The position numbers and the translations under genes are program-made. Source: the human T2T-CHM13v2.0 reference genome, Homo sapiens. Taken from it: a stretch of 64,000 bases of DNA. Shown here one piece after another: positions 26,097 to 40,968 of the stretch. The notes under the pieces were generated by a model that saw only the letters and a program-made list of their open reading frames with translations, had not been told where the DNA came from and did not search any database. Every line of letters begins with the position of its first letter. Within the stretch, counting starts at the first letter, position 1. The stretch is taken from the NCBI RefSeq assembly GCF_009914755.1, contig NC_060935.1; one strand, 5' to 3'.

Positions 26097-27150
26097 TACA
26101 ATTGATAATTTTAAACTATTAGTATATAGTAAGAAATCACCGACAAACTGCCTATATTTCTTTACCACACCCAGTAGATTTACAGAAATGATATACAAAT
26201 AAAATATGTATTGAAACATAAATGAAGTTCTATAAATTCAAAAATATTAGTAGCACATATGTTATTAAACTCTATTTTAATAAAAGTAAAAATAATTTTT
26301 ATAAGAGGTCAAATAATTTCTTGTTTAAAAATATGTTCTAATAACCATTGGATTAGTGAGAAATGATCAAACACATTGTCATACTTGGCACTTAATAATA
26401 ATGAAAATCATACATGTCAAAGTAATACTTACTGGATAATGAATAGCTTTAAATACATTTTCAGTTAAATGAAAGATAGATGACATTAATTCAAGAAGTT
26501 GGTTAAAAAGCAGAAGCTCAAACTCAATGTACTAACGAAAGAGAATTATAAAGACTAGACAAAAAACAATAAACTATGAAAGAAACAAAAATCCCCTAAA
26601 TCCTTAGTTCTTTGAAAAGATTATGCTAAAGAAAAAAGGTTATGATAAAAATTGAATAAGAATAAAAGACTCAAATGTTAAAATGTCAAATGTCAAATAA
26701 AAAAGAGAAAAAGGCCATATTCACAATTTGAAGTATGATCAGCAACTTTCAACTAATTAATTTTAAATTGTAAACAAAAGTCCTAGGTCATATTAATATA
26801 AAATTCCAAAATTTCTGCAATTAGAAATATAATACTTGAATAGACCAATGCATTTGGAATTTCATTGTACTAAAAGGCATCTATTTCCCCAAATTCTGAA
26901 GAAGGATTTTAATGATGACTTTTACCTAATTTTCAATGACCAATTAATTCCTAATAAATGCAAGTATTTTGTGGAAAATAAATAACTCTCATCTCGTTAT
27001 GTGAGCATATGCATTTATTATTGCAAATCAATTCATAACAATATGACTAAATAAACTTATAGGCATATTTCATTAATGAATGTAGATGTAAAAATTCTGA
27101 ATAAACAAATCTAAGAGTATATTAACAAAATACACATCATGATCAATGAA
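26097..27150 (+). mobile_element. Ancient L1M ORF2 remnant, right part
   Basis: 'aatgaatgtagatgtaaaaattct...atacacatcatgatcaa' ORF2-like motifs. Confidence 0.55.
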
Positions 27151-27270
27151 GGCAAACATGTCTTATCTCTTCAGGAAAATGTGTTCTATGTTTTGAATTG
27201 AAAGAGTGATATGTTCTAACTCAGAAACCATAAAGAGATGACAGAATCTTTAACTAATGTGGGAATGACT

Positions 27271-27297
27271 TGCGTGTGTGTGTGTGTGTGTGTGTGT
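27271..27297. repeat. (TG)n microsatellite
   Basis: Seen directly. Confidence 0.9.
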
Positions 27298-28764
27298 ACA
27301 TGTGCTTGTGTGTATATCATGAATATTTTATTTTATAATGTGCATCTGGTTGATGGTGGAATCTAGGGAAAGATTAATATCACTGGGATCAACACTTAAA
27401 AATTTTGGTAAAGATTCAAATAAAATCCTTTGTAGTTTTTCTCCCTATTTGAAGATTCTAGGTTAAATAAGGATTAAATTAACACATATTTATAACTTTT
27501 TTATTGTATAAATCATCCACTAATTATTTTCACTGAAAGGAAGACTATAGTTGTAATTGAAGTTTGGATAAGTAAGGGAGATTAAGATCACTGATGCTCT
27601 CTCTCAAATTGGGGCAAATTTTGGATTTGATTAGAGAAATATTGTGCTATTTTAGATTTAAGAGCAGATAATCTTATGTATTGTCCTTGACTAAACATCA
27701 AATTACTATGGATTTTTTTCTATCAAGATAAGAGATTGTTTGTTTATGCACATATGGTGCAAATGCTCACATTTGGTAAGTCTATAGTAAAATGCTATGA
27801 AACATTGATTTATTTATCATTTTTTCATTGATTGAAAAAAGATGATCTTCCTCATTGAATTTAAAAAATATGAAAAAAGATGTATATCTGAAAAAATAAA
27901 TTAAAAAACAGTGTATCTTTCTTGATCTAATTCTGTTTAAAAATACTCTTTATGGAAATAGAAACATTTATGTTTATTCCTAAGCAAATAATGAAATGGT
28001 AAATATTTCAAACCTGTGACCCTAATGGAAAACCCTAACAGACAGCAGTGAAGAATGGGCTCTCAGGTGTGACCAGGATAATTAAAGATTTTAATGATTA
28101 TTGAATGCATTTCCCTACTCTTGTTAATTTTTATGGCTTAACTTGTCCTGAGACATAATTAGTCTAAAGCAAGAGTTTTAGCTTCAAGCTTTGAATCTCA
28201 TTAAAAATAAAGAATTGTTATGTTCTTTCAATCTTATTCAGGGTAAATACAATGTATTTTCTGTTTCTGAGAATTATTGTATAACTATCAATAGGAATGC
28301 TTATTCTTTCATGGGTGTTAAAAATCTGTTGGGATTCTAAATCCATGGCCTAAAATGCTAATATATTTTTAATGTTCAAAATATATTTTATGTCTTGAAT
28401 ATTTAAGTATTGCATTCTCAAGTTTTTCTGTCCTTGTTTAACATTTAATAATTATAGTCTTGACATGGTAATGTATTTTCATTATACTTTAATTAAAGTT
28501 AATTGTTAAGTATGAACAATGCGTGCAGTATCCATATATGGGGATTTGGGGGAAATAATGGTATCAGTGAAAGAACAGGTTATTAATATAAGTAATATGG
28601 CTTTAAGTAGTTCGTGACATAACTAAAGACAAATCTGTACAAAGCAAAATTTTCTGGAGCTAATAAAATGCTTGTGTAGAAAAGAATGTAAAAGCTGTTT
28701 TTTGGGGGATGCACTGTTACTCTGCATACGTGTTTAATTTTGAATGGGGTTAGGTTCTACTTGG

Positions 28765-29356
28765 TGTAAATCAAAAAGTATCTGAGACAGATCTCAATCA
28801 ATTTCAAAGCTTATTTCACCAAGGTTAAGGACATGTCAGTGACAAAGCCTCATGAGGGTCTGAGAACAAGTGCCCCTGGTGGTCGGGCTACAGCTTGGTT
28901 TTATATGTTTTAGGGAGACAGAAGACATCAGTGAATACATGTAAGATGTACATTGGTTTGGTCCAGAAAGGCAGGACAACTTGAAGTGGTGGGGAGCCAG
29001 TAGGGTGGCAGAATGTCCAGCTTCCAGGTCATAGTTGATTTCAAAGATTTTGTGATCGGCAATTGGCAAAGATATTCTGATTGGCAATTGGTTATCTAAG
29101 AGTTAGAATCAATAGTAGGGAGTGTCTGGGTTAAGATAAGTGGTTGTGTTATGGAGACCAGGGTTTTTATTATGCAGATAAAGCCTCCAGGTAGCAGGCT
29201 TCAGAGCAAATAGATTATCTTAAGGTCTCCGTTTTAATGTTAAATTCCCATCATGGCCTGAACTTGTGTTTCAGGTTAACTTTGGAATGTCGTTGGCTGA
29301 GTGGAGGAGTCCATTCAGTTGATTAGGAGGACTTAGAGTTTTACTTTTGGGTTACA
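28765..29356 (-). mobile_element. MER4A-like ERV1 solo LTR
   Basis: Termini 'tgtaaatcaaaa'...'ttttgggttaca'; TSD ttgg/gtgg; homologous in reverse to the 24500-25352 LTR. Confidence 0.8.
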
Positions 29357-30036
29357 GTGGTGATACCTTGGTTTTTCTATCAACTTGAACTATCTACCTA
29401 ATGGACAATGAGGACTAGTGTTTTGGGGTTACTGTCAATATTTTCAAAATTCAAGATTACTTTGAAAATTAATATGGCTAAAACACTAGACATGTTAATT
29501 CTCAAGCTTCTCTTTCTGTATTATGTGTTCTTTTGCCATAAAAAGTGTTTGGTTTGGGTTTTCTGTAACAACTGAGGAAATGGTAATGTCTGGAAACTTA
29601 TACAGGCCTGAAAGAAAAAAGTGTTAACAGGTGTTGTAAAACTTCTGATGGATTTTATGGAAAGCCAAGCCCAGGAGTCAGATGTGATGAGGCTGTTAGG
29701 TGGTACTGGAACTATTGCAGCTCTTGAAGATGTCAGAAAGAGGAATCCATGGATTTTCATTCTTATAGTCCTCTAGATAAATGACTCAGCTGGCTTTCCA
29801 TTGACTGTTTCTATTTCTGTAACAACTGACTTCCTCTGCATATTACTTATGCAACACTTGACTTAACACAGTCTTAATAATACCTTATGACATCCTTAAC
29901 CTATCTCAGCTGAGAACTAGCCAGTTTTCTCTAGAGGTTCCCAGTTCAAATCTCCCAAGGAAAATCCAATAGCCTAGATTTTATTTTAGAGTCAGAATTA
30001 TTTAGTTATTCTTTACCCTGGACTTTCCACATCCTG

Positions 30037-30437
30037 TGTATTAATCTGTTCTTGCATTGTTATAAAGAAATACCTGAGACTGGGTAATTTATAAAGAAAA
30101 AAGGTTTAATTGGCTCAGGTTCCACAGGCTATACAGGAAGCATAGCTGGGGAGGTCTCAGGGAGCTTTTACTCATGGCAGAAGGCAAAGCTGGAGTAGGC
30201 AGCTTCACATGGGCAGAACAGGAGGAAGACAGAGAAGGGGGAGAGATGCTACATACTTTTAAACAATCATATCTCATAATAACTCTATTATAAAAACAGC
30301 AGTAGGATGGTGCTAAACCATTAGAAACCACCCCTATGATCCAATCACCTGCCACCAGGTCCTAGCTCCAGTGTTAAGGATTAAGGATTACATTTCAACA
30401 TGAGATTAGGGTGGGAACACAGACCCAAGACACATCA
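30037..30437 (-). mobile_element. MST (MSTA/B) MaLR solo LTR
   Basis: 'tgtattaatctgttcttgcattg..ataaagaaatacctgagactgggtaattt'; TSD tcctg/tccag. Confidence 0.88.
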
Positions 30438-30799
30438 TCCAGTAACTGGGAAATGATGATAATGGGAAAAATCATTCAAAGGATGATTGCTAATGCCAGA
30501 GCTGTATCCAGGCTGTGGGCCACTCACCTCTGGGCTCCAGGCTGCAGACACCTATATACTGCTCTATGAGAGAAAAATCTATCTCATTTAAACCACTGTA
30601 TTTAGGGATATGTCAGTTACAGTGCCTCGTTCTTCACCTTGATTAATTTAGTAATTGTTTACTTTCAACTGTGGTTACTACCATAACAAATTCACTAGCT
30701 ACAATAAATTAACTGGTATTACATAAAATAAATACAAATAAATCTCATAAAGTTGATTTTCTCATAATTTAGGCAAACTTTAACATAAAGTAATAGTAT

Positions 30800-31100
30800 T
30801 TATTTTTCATAAGCGCATACACAATAAATAAAATGTATAAAAATATGCATGAGACAAATATGTAAGTTCAGTATAGTGGTTACCTGGGGGGGTGGGGGTG
30901 AAGAAAGGAATAGAAGTTAGCTGAAACTTTAATAATAAATAATGATAAATAATAATATATTACTTATAAAAGGGTCTGAAGAAAATTGGACAAAACATTC
31001 ATATCTGGTTAATGTGTAGGGTTAGCCCACAGGCATTTTACGTATTACTTCTTGTTCTTTTCTTCATGTTTGAAATGTTTCAGAACTAAATATTTTTTAA
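30800..31100 (+). mobile_element. L1ME-like 3' end fragment
   Basis: 'atagtggttacct...gtttgaaatgtttca' motifs. Confidence 0.45.
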
Positions 31101-31224
31101 AGTTGTGTATATGGTAAAAATTAACCTTCTTCCTAAATTTAGCTTCCAACCCAATGACTCAGTCTATCTTCAGAGATCACCTGGATCGTGAGTCTCTTTT
31201 ATCATTTCAGGAAACTTCTAAGAA

Positions 31225-31480
31225 TACATTGTTCAATGCATGAGGCTATTGAGCATTAGAAATATGACTAATCCAAACTGAGATGTACTGTAAGTGTAAA
31301 ACACACATTGGAATCTAAAGGCATATAACACAAAAAGAATGTAAATTATGTCATGAATAATCCATGTCCAAATAATATTTTGAATATATCAAATTAAGTG
31401 TATTAGAAAAATTAAATTCACCTGTGTCATTACTTTATTAAAAATGTGACTACAAGAAAATTGAAAATTGGATAAATTAA
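31225..31480. mobile_element. MER33-like hAT-Charlie relic
   Basis: 'gctattgagca...tgagatgtactgtaagtgtaaaa...aaattcacctgt...aatgtgactac'. Confidence 0.7.
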
Positions 31481-32198
31481 ATGTTTCATCCACTGTCATA
31501 GTTATTTTCTTATTATAGGGAACCCTCAGTGACTATAAAGTCTCAGTGACTAGTGTACTCTCAGGGATTATAAAGATTATAAATTCTATAAAAAGTCTTG
31601 ACCACTTACTATACTACCATTTTTTACAAAGCACTCGGGCAGGTAATGCTATTTTTAGGAAATACGGTTCCAATAAGTGGCATAAGGTGACAGATCCTGA
31701 TGATATCTTGTTCAGAAGGAAACATCATGGTGTCTTCGGTAGACTATTCTTAATGTCCCGTAGTTTTGAGGTAAGGGATATTATTATGTAATTGCTCTGA
31801 CACTTGGCGACAGGTCATAATTACCTGGAGTGTTTTAGAAATAGAGATTCCTAGGTTCAACTCTAGAATCTATTTTTTCTTTTTTTAAAGAACCACATTT
31901 TTAAAAGGAAATGAAGTTTATCCAGGCAAGAGAATCACAGTCATAAAGTGTAGGGTTTCTCAATTTAAAAAAAAAATAATAAATAGTTTGTTAAATGAAA
32001 AAAGATATTTTAATATAATCAATGAATATATGTGTGAATTTAGTAATGAAGGTTTTGATTAAGGAACAGTGTAATTCTTTGTTCTTTTTCAATATTTGTT
32101 AATAAATAATTTATTATTTCTCAAAATAATGAAAAAAATAATGAAAGCCATGGTAATGAGTTTGGAATGTGTCTACATAATAGTCTATTCATTTTCAG

Positions 32199-32261
32199 AT
32201 TAATTTTTTAAAGACTGAAGTTGAAAGAAAGAGCAAAATGATCCGAGACCTCCAGAATGAG
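32199..32261 (+). CDS. LUZP2: LUZP2 internal coding exon (probably exon 5), INFLKTEVERKSKMIRDLQNE
   Basis: TTTTCAG acceptor, donor AG|GTAAGA at 32262; 63 nt, phase 0-0, in frame with the two previous exons. Confidence 0.95.
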
Positions 32262-33298
32262 GTAAGATATATTTCATCTTAGATACATTTTATATAGATC
32301 AAATAATATACATAAATGCACATATAAAGTTGCCACTAGTTTGGAGTATTAAACACTTGCATATTTAATTTTCAGTTATAAACTAATGTAGAGAAATTGT
32401 AAGGTGAAGAATTTCAAAAAGTAGATAATCCTTACGTTTATATATATTTGATCATTTCATTAGTCCAAACTTCTCTAGTTCATTTTTCTTTCTAATTATA
32501 TTTTGTTTAGGGTGATATTAAAAATCAATTTTCATTTAATACATTTACTTATTTGTTTAATAAATGACATTACAGGCACTGAAGAAGAAAGCTAGCTAGA
32601 AATTGGCTGCGTGCTAGAAAGGGCCAATCTAGAATGAAAAATGTGTTTAAGGATAATCTCAAAATAATGTAAATTTAAACATAAACAAGTTGTAATCATT
32701 TCCATGATAGCCTTTAAAATGTAAGCATCCTATTAAATACTGCATACATTTTTCTTCTTTGATTCTTTATCTTGTTATACAATTACTTTAATTTTTTATA
32801 ATTTCTCCATTACCTATTTCTACCTTTTCATTTCCTTTTTATTAAATGCAATTAATTAAGACCATTGAGCCATGACTAATTCACGATAAGTCTTCCTTGA
32901 TCAATCTCACTAATTATGTTTTATTTTGAATCCTGATTATGATGGAAAATATCAACATACCAGAGTAATCAGAATACTGGGTATAATGGATAATATTTAT
33001 TTTGTTGGAGTCATTTAGGGCTCAGTGAGAAAGCCAGCTTACTCAAATCAAAAAATGCTCACATACGATTTAAAACAAGGAAAACATTTTAAACGAGATT
33101 AAAGTCAGTTTTAAAATAGGGTAGGGAGTACATTTATATATGCACATGCACACGTGCGTGGGCGCGTACACACACAATCAGCAATATGAACCCAGTTGTA
33201 TGATTATAAGAGAATTTCAACTTTATTTTTATCTTTACATAAGTAGCATCAGTTCACTTTTAATCTTAGATAACTTCTTAAAATCTAGAATTCAACTA

Positions 33299-33650
<352 letters not shown>

Positions 33651-33668
33651 CAACAACAAAAACCTACC

Positions 33669-33796
33669 AGGCTGGCTCATGCCTGTAATCCCAGTGCTTT
33701 GGGAGGCCAAGGCAGCAGGGTTGCTTAAGGCCAAGAGTTCCAAGTCAGCCTAAGCAACATAATGAGATTCCATCTCTACCAAATAAATAAATAAAC
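33669..33796 (+). mobile_element. FLAM / Alu left monomer
   Basis: Monomer with (AAAT)n tail. Confidence 0.8.
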
Positions 33797-34369
33797 GCAA
33801 AACTATGAATTATTAATAACAAGTAACAAAATACTTTGTCTTGGGAGGTTATTTTTATAGTGAAATTGCACTTTGATAACTACATAGACTAGAATAATTC
33901 AGAAAGAAATACAACCCTACAGAAATAATATCTGCTAAATATGAGTTTTATAATTAAATTTGCTACTATTCACTTTAATACTATTAAGAACATATGAAAT
34001 GAAAATTGATAACCAAAAAAGCTTTGGTCTTTTTACAAAACCTAACGGTGAACATATATTAGCAATTAAATGTTTTCAATTTTACTCCTTTATATCAAAT
34101 TATTTAATTTTTAGTAAATAATCAGTACGCATGTAGAGATTAAGGCAGATTTATTTAATGAAATAACTGGTGTATACACTGTACAGTGAAGTTATATGGG
34201 CACTTCATGGAAGATTTTCCGTTCAGGCATAAGAAAAAAACAGGTAAATTGATTAAACAAAATACAGTGGTGAGGGAGATAAAACAGATACAAATAAATT
34301 TCTGGAAGAAGTTTGAAATCCACTAAGTGGTTACTTTTGAGTGAGGGAATTAGGGAAGTGCCAAAAGAT

Positions 34370-34559
34370 GAAGGCTAAGTCCCTCCTATGCCTATTTTGT
34401 TGAGGGTTTTTATCATAAAGGGATCCTGGATTTTATCAAATGCTTTTTCTGCATCTATTGAGACAACCGTATGGGTTTTGTTTTTAATTCTGGTTATGTG
34501 ATGTACCACATTTATTGACCACATATGTTAAGAAATGAGATAGACAGCAACACAATAAT
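34370..34559. mobile_element. Short internal L1 ORF2 fragment with an inversion junction
   Basis: 34370-34531 resembles antisense RT region (cf. 12805-12990); 34529-34559 resembles sense EN region (cf. reverse complement of 14270-14301). Confidence 0.75.
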
Positions 34560-34878
34560 TTTTTCCTTTTTTTTCTTTTTTCTTTTTTTTTTTTTTTTGA
34601 GACGGAGTCTCACTCTGTTGCCCAGGCTGGAGTGCCGTGGCTTGATCTCGGCTCACTGCAAGCTGCGCCTCCCAGGTTCACACCATTCTCTGGCCTCAGC
34701 CTCTGAGTAGCTAGGACTACAGATGCCCGCCACCACGCCTGGCTAATTTTTTGTATTTTTAATGAAGACAGGGTTTCACTGTGTTAGCCAGGATGGTCTC
34801 CATCTCCTGACCTGGTGATCCGCCTGCCTAGGCCTCCCAAAGTGCTGGGATTACAGGCGTGAGCTACCGCACCCGGCC
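34560..34878 (-). mobile_element. AluY
   Basis: 'gcaagct...ttcacaccattc', 'gtgttagccaggatggtctc' Y diagnostics. Confidence 0.9.
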
Positions 34879-35013
34879 AATTTTTGCATTTTTTGTAGAG
34901 AAGGGGTTTCTCTATGTTGCCCAGGTGGGTCTTGCATTCTTGGGCTCAAGAAATCCACTCACCTCAGCCTCCTAAAATGCTGGGATTACAGGAGTAAACC
35001 ACCATGCCCTGCC
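34879..35013 (-). mobile_element. AluJ left monomer / FLAM
   Basis: 'ctatgttgcccagg...gggctcaag' directly after the AluY. Confidence 0.8.
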
Positions 35014-35737
35014 AATCAGAGTATTTCAAGCACCTTTATTTCATCTATTTCCAGTTACCTATATCTTCTCATGGGCACCACTTTTAACCTCTGAATTGTA
35101 CTGTTATGACTTAACAAAAGCTCTATTGTGATTGATGTGGTCTCTAAGTTTCAGTTTTGGGCCGTCTGCTTTTCTCTTTATATTTTTTTTTATGAAATAT
35201 TCAAGTCAAATCTATTCCGCAACAATGTGTATTTCCTTGCATCAAATAATCATATTAACAATTAACAAGGGGTGAAATAATGTCAGCAAAGCTTTAAAAA
35301 TCATTTTGTTTTTCTTTCCAATATGTTGAGTTTTGAAGCATTCAGGCAAAAGACTTTTCAAATTTTAAAGAAATTGTTATCAATACAAGGACATAAGAAA
35401 AAGATTGAAAATGTATGAAAGGGCTTCCTTTTAGTGGTTGTAGTGATAGTTATTGCATTAAAACTCTTATGCTTTTTGCTGGGTAAGATGTGAATACAGA
35501 AGTTTCTGTTAAGACTTTTCCCCTGCATTGAAACAAGAGATTTAAGAAAAATCTGCATCAAATTTTAATTTTGATGATAGTGTGCTTTGTTAGAAGTCAA
35601 TTCCCTCAAAGATCTACATCCCAAAGGAAGAACACTAAATCCTGAATATAAAGCTTCAAAGAATCAAATGATTATGTTTGAGATAAATGCTAAAAAAAAT
35701 TGTATTTACACTTTTATTAGTTTCTTTACTGTTTTTC

Positions 35738-36022
35738 TTAGTCTCACTTTGTTGCCCAGGCTACAGGGCAGTGGCGCGATCTCAGCTCACTGCAACCTCC
35801 ACCTCTTGGGTTCAAGTGATACCCCTGGCTCAGCCTCCTGAGTAGCTGGGACTACAGGCATGCACCACCAAACCCAGCTAATTTCTATATTTTTAGTAGA
35901 GATGGGGCATCACCGTGTTGGCCAGGCTGGTCTGTAACTCCTGACCTCAGGTGTGATCCACCCACACCCACATCAGCCTCCTAAAGTGCTGGAATTACAG
36001 GTGTGAACCCCTACACCCAGTT
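35738..36022 (-). mobile_element. AluS
   Basis: Dimer, diverged. Confidence 0.88.
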
Positions 36023-36250
36023 TGTTATTTTTTTTATTTATTTTTATTTTTTATGTTCTGGTAACAATGTTACCTAGTAAGTGGTCTTCCCCAATCCCAT
36101 TTTCCCTCCAAAATTTCTATTTTTAGTGTGTAATTTGTAGAATATAAGATTTCCTATATGCAAAATTGGACTCATAATTCATATATCAGCAGTTTTCCAG
36201 TAACTTTGTAATCTAAGTCTCTAGTTCTAATCTCTCTTGTGTAATCCTTC

Positions 36251-36682
36251 TGTTAAAAAGGTTAACTGAGATATAATACCATTTTTGAAGAGTTTATTTG
36301 AGCAAACAACAATGCATAAATTGGGCTGTTCTGAACTAGAAGTTGTTCAGGAGCTTCACTAAGGAAATACAGTGGAAGGTTTTTATGTGACTAAAATAGA
36401 AGTGAAGCAAAGAAAATATTTGTTTGGTTACAGTTAGACAGTTGCTGTATTTGGTCGATCCCACTGGAAAATCTCTAGTTATAAAATTACAAGTTTGTTT
36501 CTTCTGTGTGTTTAAGCTCAAGTTTTGTTTTTCTTTAATATAGGCATTTATTTACAATGGCCCACATTAAGTTTTTCATATGTTTGCAAATCAAGCAACG
36601 ATAACGTCACTTACAAAGCCTAACTGGCTTTGTCTGGTCAAGGATTCTTCAGGGCTCATCTCCATTTTAATTTACTTTAACA
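36251..36682 (-). mobile_element. ERV1 solo LTR (MER67-like)
   Basis: Termini 'tgttaaa'...'tttaaca'; TTTATT near the left end; TSD cttc/catc; subfamily uncertain. Confidence 0.65.
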
Positions 36683-36864
36683 CATCCTTGTGCCTTCAAT
36701 GTTTATTTTGCATTTTGTGTTTGAATATTGTTTGGTTGCAAAAAGTATACAGTTTTGCACCAGAAAATAAATCAAAACAAGGAAACGAATGAAAAATTCA
36801 ACCTCCCTTCTCTAACTTCCATACATATGGCAACTGCCTCATCATGTAGTCAATCTCCCATGCT

Positions 36865-37420
<556 letters not shown>

Positions 37421-37449
37421 TAGTTGGAAATACTTCATGAACACTAGTA

Positions 37450-38515
37450 TTTAAACAGTCTATGCTCAAGGGGTTAATATTTAAAATATGTAAGAAACTC
37501 AAGCAATTAAGTAGCAAATAAATAATCTGATAAAATGGACAAAATATCTGCATAGACATTCATCAGAAGAAGATTTACAAATGCCCAAAAGGTAAATAAA
37601 AAAATACTCCCAACATCACTAATCATCACGAAAATGCCAATCGAAGCTATGATAAAATATCAACTCACTTCAGTTAAAATGGCTGGTATCAAAAAGAGAA
37701 GTAAGGAATGCTGGCAAGGATGTGGAGAAAGAACTGTTATACACTAGGGGTGGGACTTCAGTGAGTACAGCCATTATGAACAACAATATGAAAGGTTCTC
37801 AAAAACTAAAAATAGAACTACCATATGATCCAATAATATAACTACTTGTTATATATCCAAAGGAAATGAAATCAATATGTTGAAGAGATGTCTGCACACT
37901 CATGTTTATTGCAGCACTATCACAATAGCTAAGATATGGAATCAATGTGTTTATAGATGAATGGATAAAAATGTGGTATATATAAACAATGAAATACTAT
38001 TCAGCTATTAAAAAGAATGAAATCCTGTCATTTGTGCAAACATGGATGAACCTAGAGGACATTGTGTTAAGTGAAATTAGCCAAGCACAGAAGGACAAAT
38101 ACTGCATGATGTCACTCATATGAGAAATCTACAAAAGTTGATCTCAAAGAAGTAGAGAGAATAGTGGTTATCAGAAGCTGGAGAAAGCAGGGAGTAGAAG
38201 GAGATGGAAGAAGTTTTGTCAACAGGTACAAAGTTAAAGTTAGGTAGGAGAAATAAGTTCTGCGTCTTATTGCACAGTAGGATCACTGTAGTCACCAACA
38301 GTGTATTATGTATTTCAAAATAGTTAGAAAAGAGGATTTTGAATGTTCTCACCACAAGGAAATAACAACTCTTTGAGGTGATAGATATGCTGATTACTCT
38401 GACTTGATAATTACACAATCTATATGTGTATTGAACATCACATTGCAGCTGATAAATATGTACAATTATGTGTCGATTAAAACCTAATAAAACAAAAATA
38501 ACTTAAAAAATTTAA
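37450..38515 (+). mobile_element. L1MA 3' ~1 kb, 5'-truncated
   Basis: ORF2 3' end and L1MA 3'UTR with A-rich end. Confidence 0.88.
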
Positions 38516-38733
38516 ACTAGTTTCTGATAAAATAATGAAAAACACATTCTGTCTTGAATTAGTCAGTAGATAGACATGGAAGAGAAGGGAAAGATGGAGG
38601 AGATGGGGCAGATATTTTTTTCCTTATTTTCTTCTATGGTGGTCTATTTTTTTTTTTTTGGGATTATAATTGATTTGTTTCCTGAGACTCATTCGATAGC
38701 TCAAGGTAAGGATGAAATAGGGAATCACACTAA

Positions 38734-39044
<311 letters not shown>

Positions 39045-39055
39045 ACACTAAATTC

Positions 39056-39275
39056 TCAAAGTTCAGAATGTATTCTTTCACTTTCAAAACACCCTTTCTG
39101 TACTATCATTTGTAATTTTCTTGAATTTTAATTATTTTACTTCTAGGATAAAATCAGTTTGTCTGTAACGGTCTGAGATATAAGAAAGGCTTGGGAATGA
39201 GTGGGATAATATATAAGTCTAGGAATTATTAGACAAATCAGGCACTAGGACAAATATCTTTAATTAGTTTAAATT
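39056..39275 (+). repeat. Copy 2 of the ~220-bp local direct duplication
   Basis: Colinear with 36865-37088. Confidence 0.9.
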
Positions 39276-40604
39276 AGGTCAGTAATCATAAGAGTGGGTT
39301 TGATTCTGGTCAGTGGTGGAAATCAGAAATTAACCCAGCTACTCTATCTCAGTGGCATCCTTTTCCTTTTATTATTTCATGTCTCTATTTTCCTTTCTTT
39401 CAAGTCTCTCAGTTATCTTTCTCATCTGTTTGTTATATGGACCATATAGTTTACTACAATTCTGGCTTATTAATATGTCTTCTTCAGCTCCTGTTATCAA
39501 CTGATTTAATGTCCTTTTATATTTTGTTTTAATGTCATTGCTCTAAGTGCCTGAGAGAAAAATCTTGCACAATTCAAGTCACTGGCCAATATCGGATTCC
39601 CAAGTAGTTCCAAATAGCCATTGACACATATCCAGGAATATGATGAATAAAACATGATTTTTAGGGGCAATAAAGCAGTTACTATTCTTGGTTATGGCAA
39701 AATTTGTTCTTTTAAGAAAGGAATTTATTAATTCCTATAGATATCTTACAAAATCGTTTGAAGAGCTAAAAATACAGCTTATAGGTTGTACCTTAGAAAA
39801 AACTCTACAAACACACCACTGATTTGGCTGTCTTGAGAAAGCACTACCTCCGCCTGAATCAGGAAGTTGCCAGCCTGCCTGCTGCCCTGCCACTGCAGGC
39901 TCCAGCACCACACACCCTGGGCCTTCTGCAACAGAGGATGGATAGCATTTAGCCTATTTTCTCAAGTAACAAATTCCTGTATCCACATATTGCACAGATC
40001 ATGTCTGAATAGTAAAGCCTAAGTCATATCTGACCTAGAGCCGCAATGAATTTTCAGATTTTGTTTATTTTTATTTGTCTGCTTTAATTTTTCATGGGAA
40101 ATATAGATTTGATACTATAGAAAGCTTTCACATTGCAGAATCTAGTCCTCATAAATTAGTAACCTGTGTATTAAAGGCAACCTTTCTTAATAAAGAGTTA
40201 TAGTCCATGATAACCAGCTTTAGTAGACAGTAGGTCATCATTGAAGGCTATTGAATAAGTGAGAAACAAGTTGTGAGTACCAATGATGGAGTACTCAATA
40301 GTGTGTGCATGTATGTTATAGTGTCTTATGTATATACATGGCATCGTATCTATTCATGTGATTTTTAACTTTGCATTTCTCAGAATTATTTTCTTAACAT
40401 GATGCAAATGCCTTGAAGTTAGAAACCTACCTTCCATAGCACATCATAGTTCACATTTTTCACAAAGACAACACAGGGCCAGGACTTTGCATATATTGAG
40501 AATATATTAAGACCATATTCAAGTCTGTTCTTACTAGTACTAATGAATTACATGAATTAAGAAAAAGACACTACCTCCAAATTTGGAGATAAAAGCTTAA
40601 TTAC

Positions 40605-40968
40605 TGACATGGTTTGGCTGTGTCCCTACCCAAATCTCACCTTAATTTGTAATAATCCCCACGTGTCAAAGGGTGGGGGCCAGGTGGAGATAATTGAATC
40701 ATGGGGGCAGTTTTCCCCGTACTGTTCTCCCAGTAGTGAATAAGTCTCATGAGATCTGATGGTTTTATAAATTAGAGTTACCCTGCACAAGCTCTTCTTG
40801 CCTGACCTGACACCGTGTAAGACATGACTTTGCTCCTCGTTCACCTACCTCCATGATTGTCAGACCTCCCCAGCCATGTGGAACTGTGAGTCAATTAAGC
40901 CTCTTTCCTTTATAAATTACCCAGTCTCAGTTATGTCTTTATTAGCAGCATGAGAAGAGGACAATACA
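40605..40968 (+). mobile_element. THE1 (THE1B-like) MaLR solo LTR
   Basis: 'tgacatggtttggctgtgtcc..acccaaatctc'...'aataca'; TSD attac/attcc. Confidence 0.9.
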
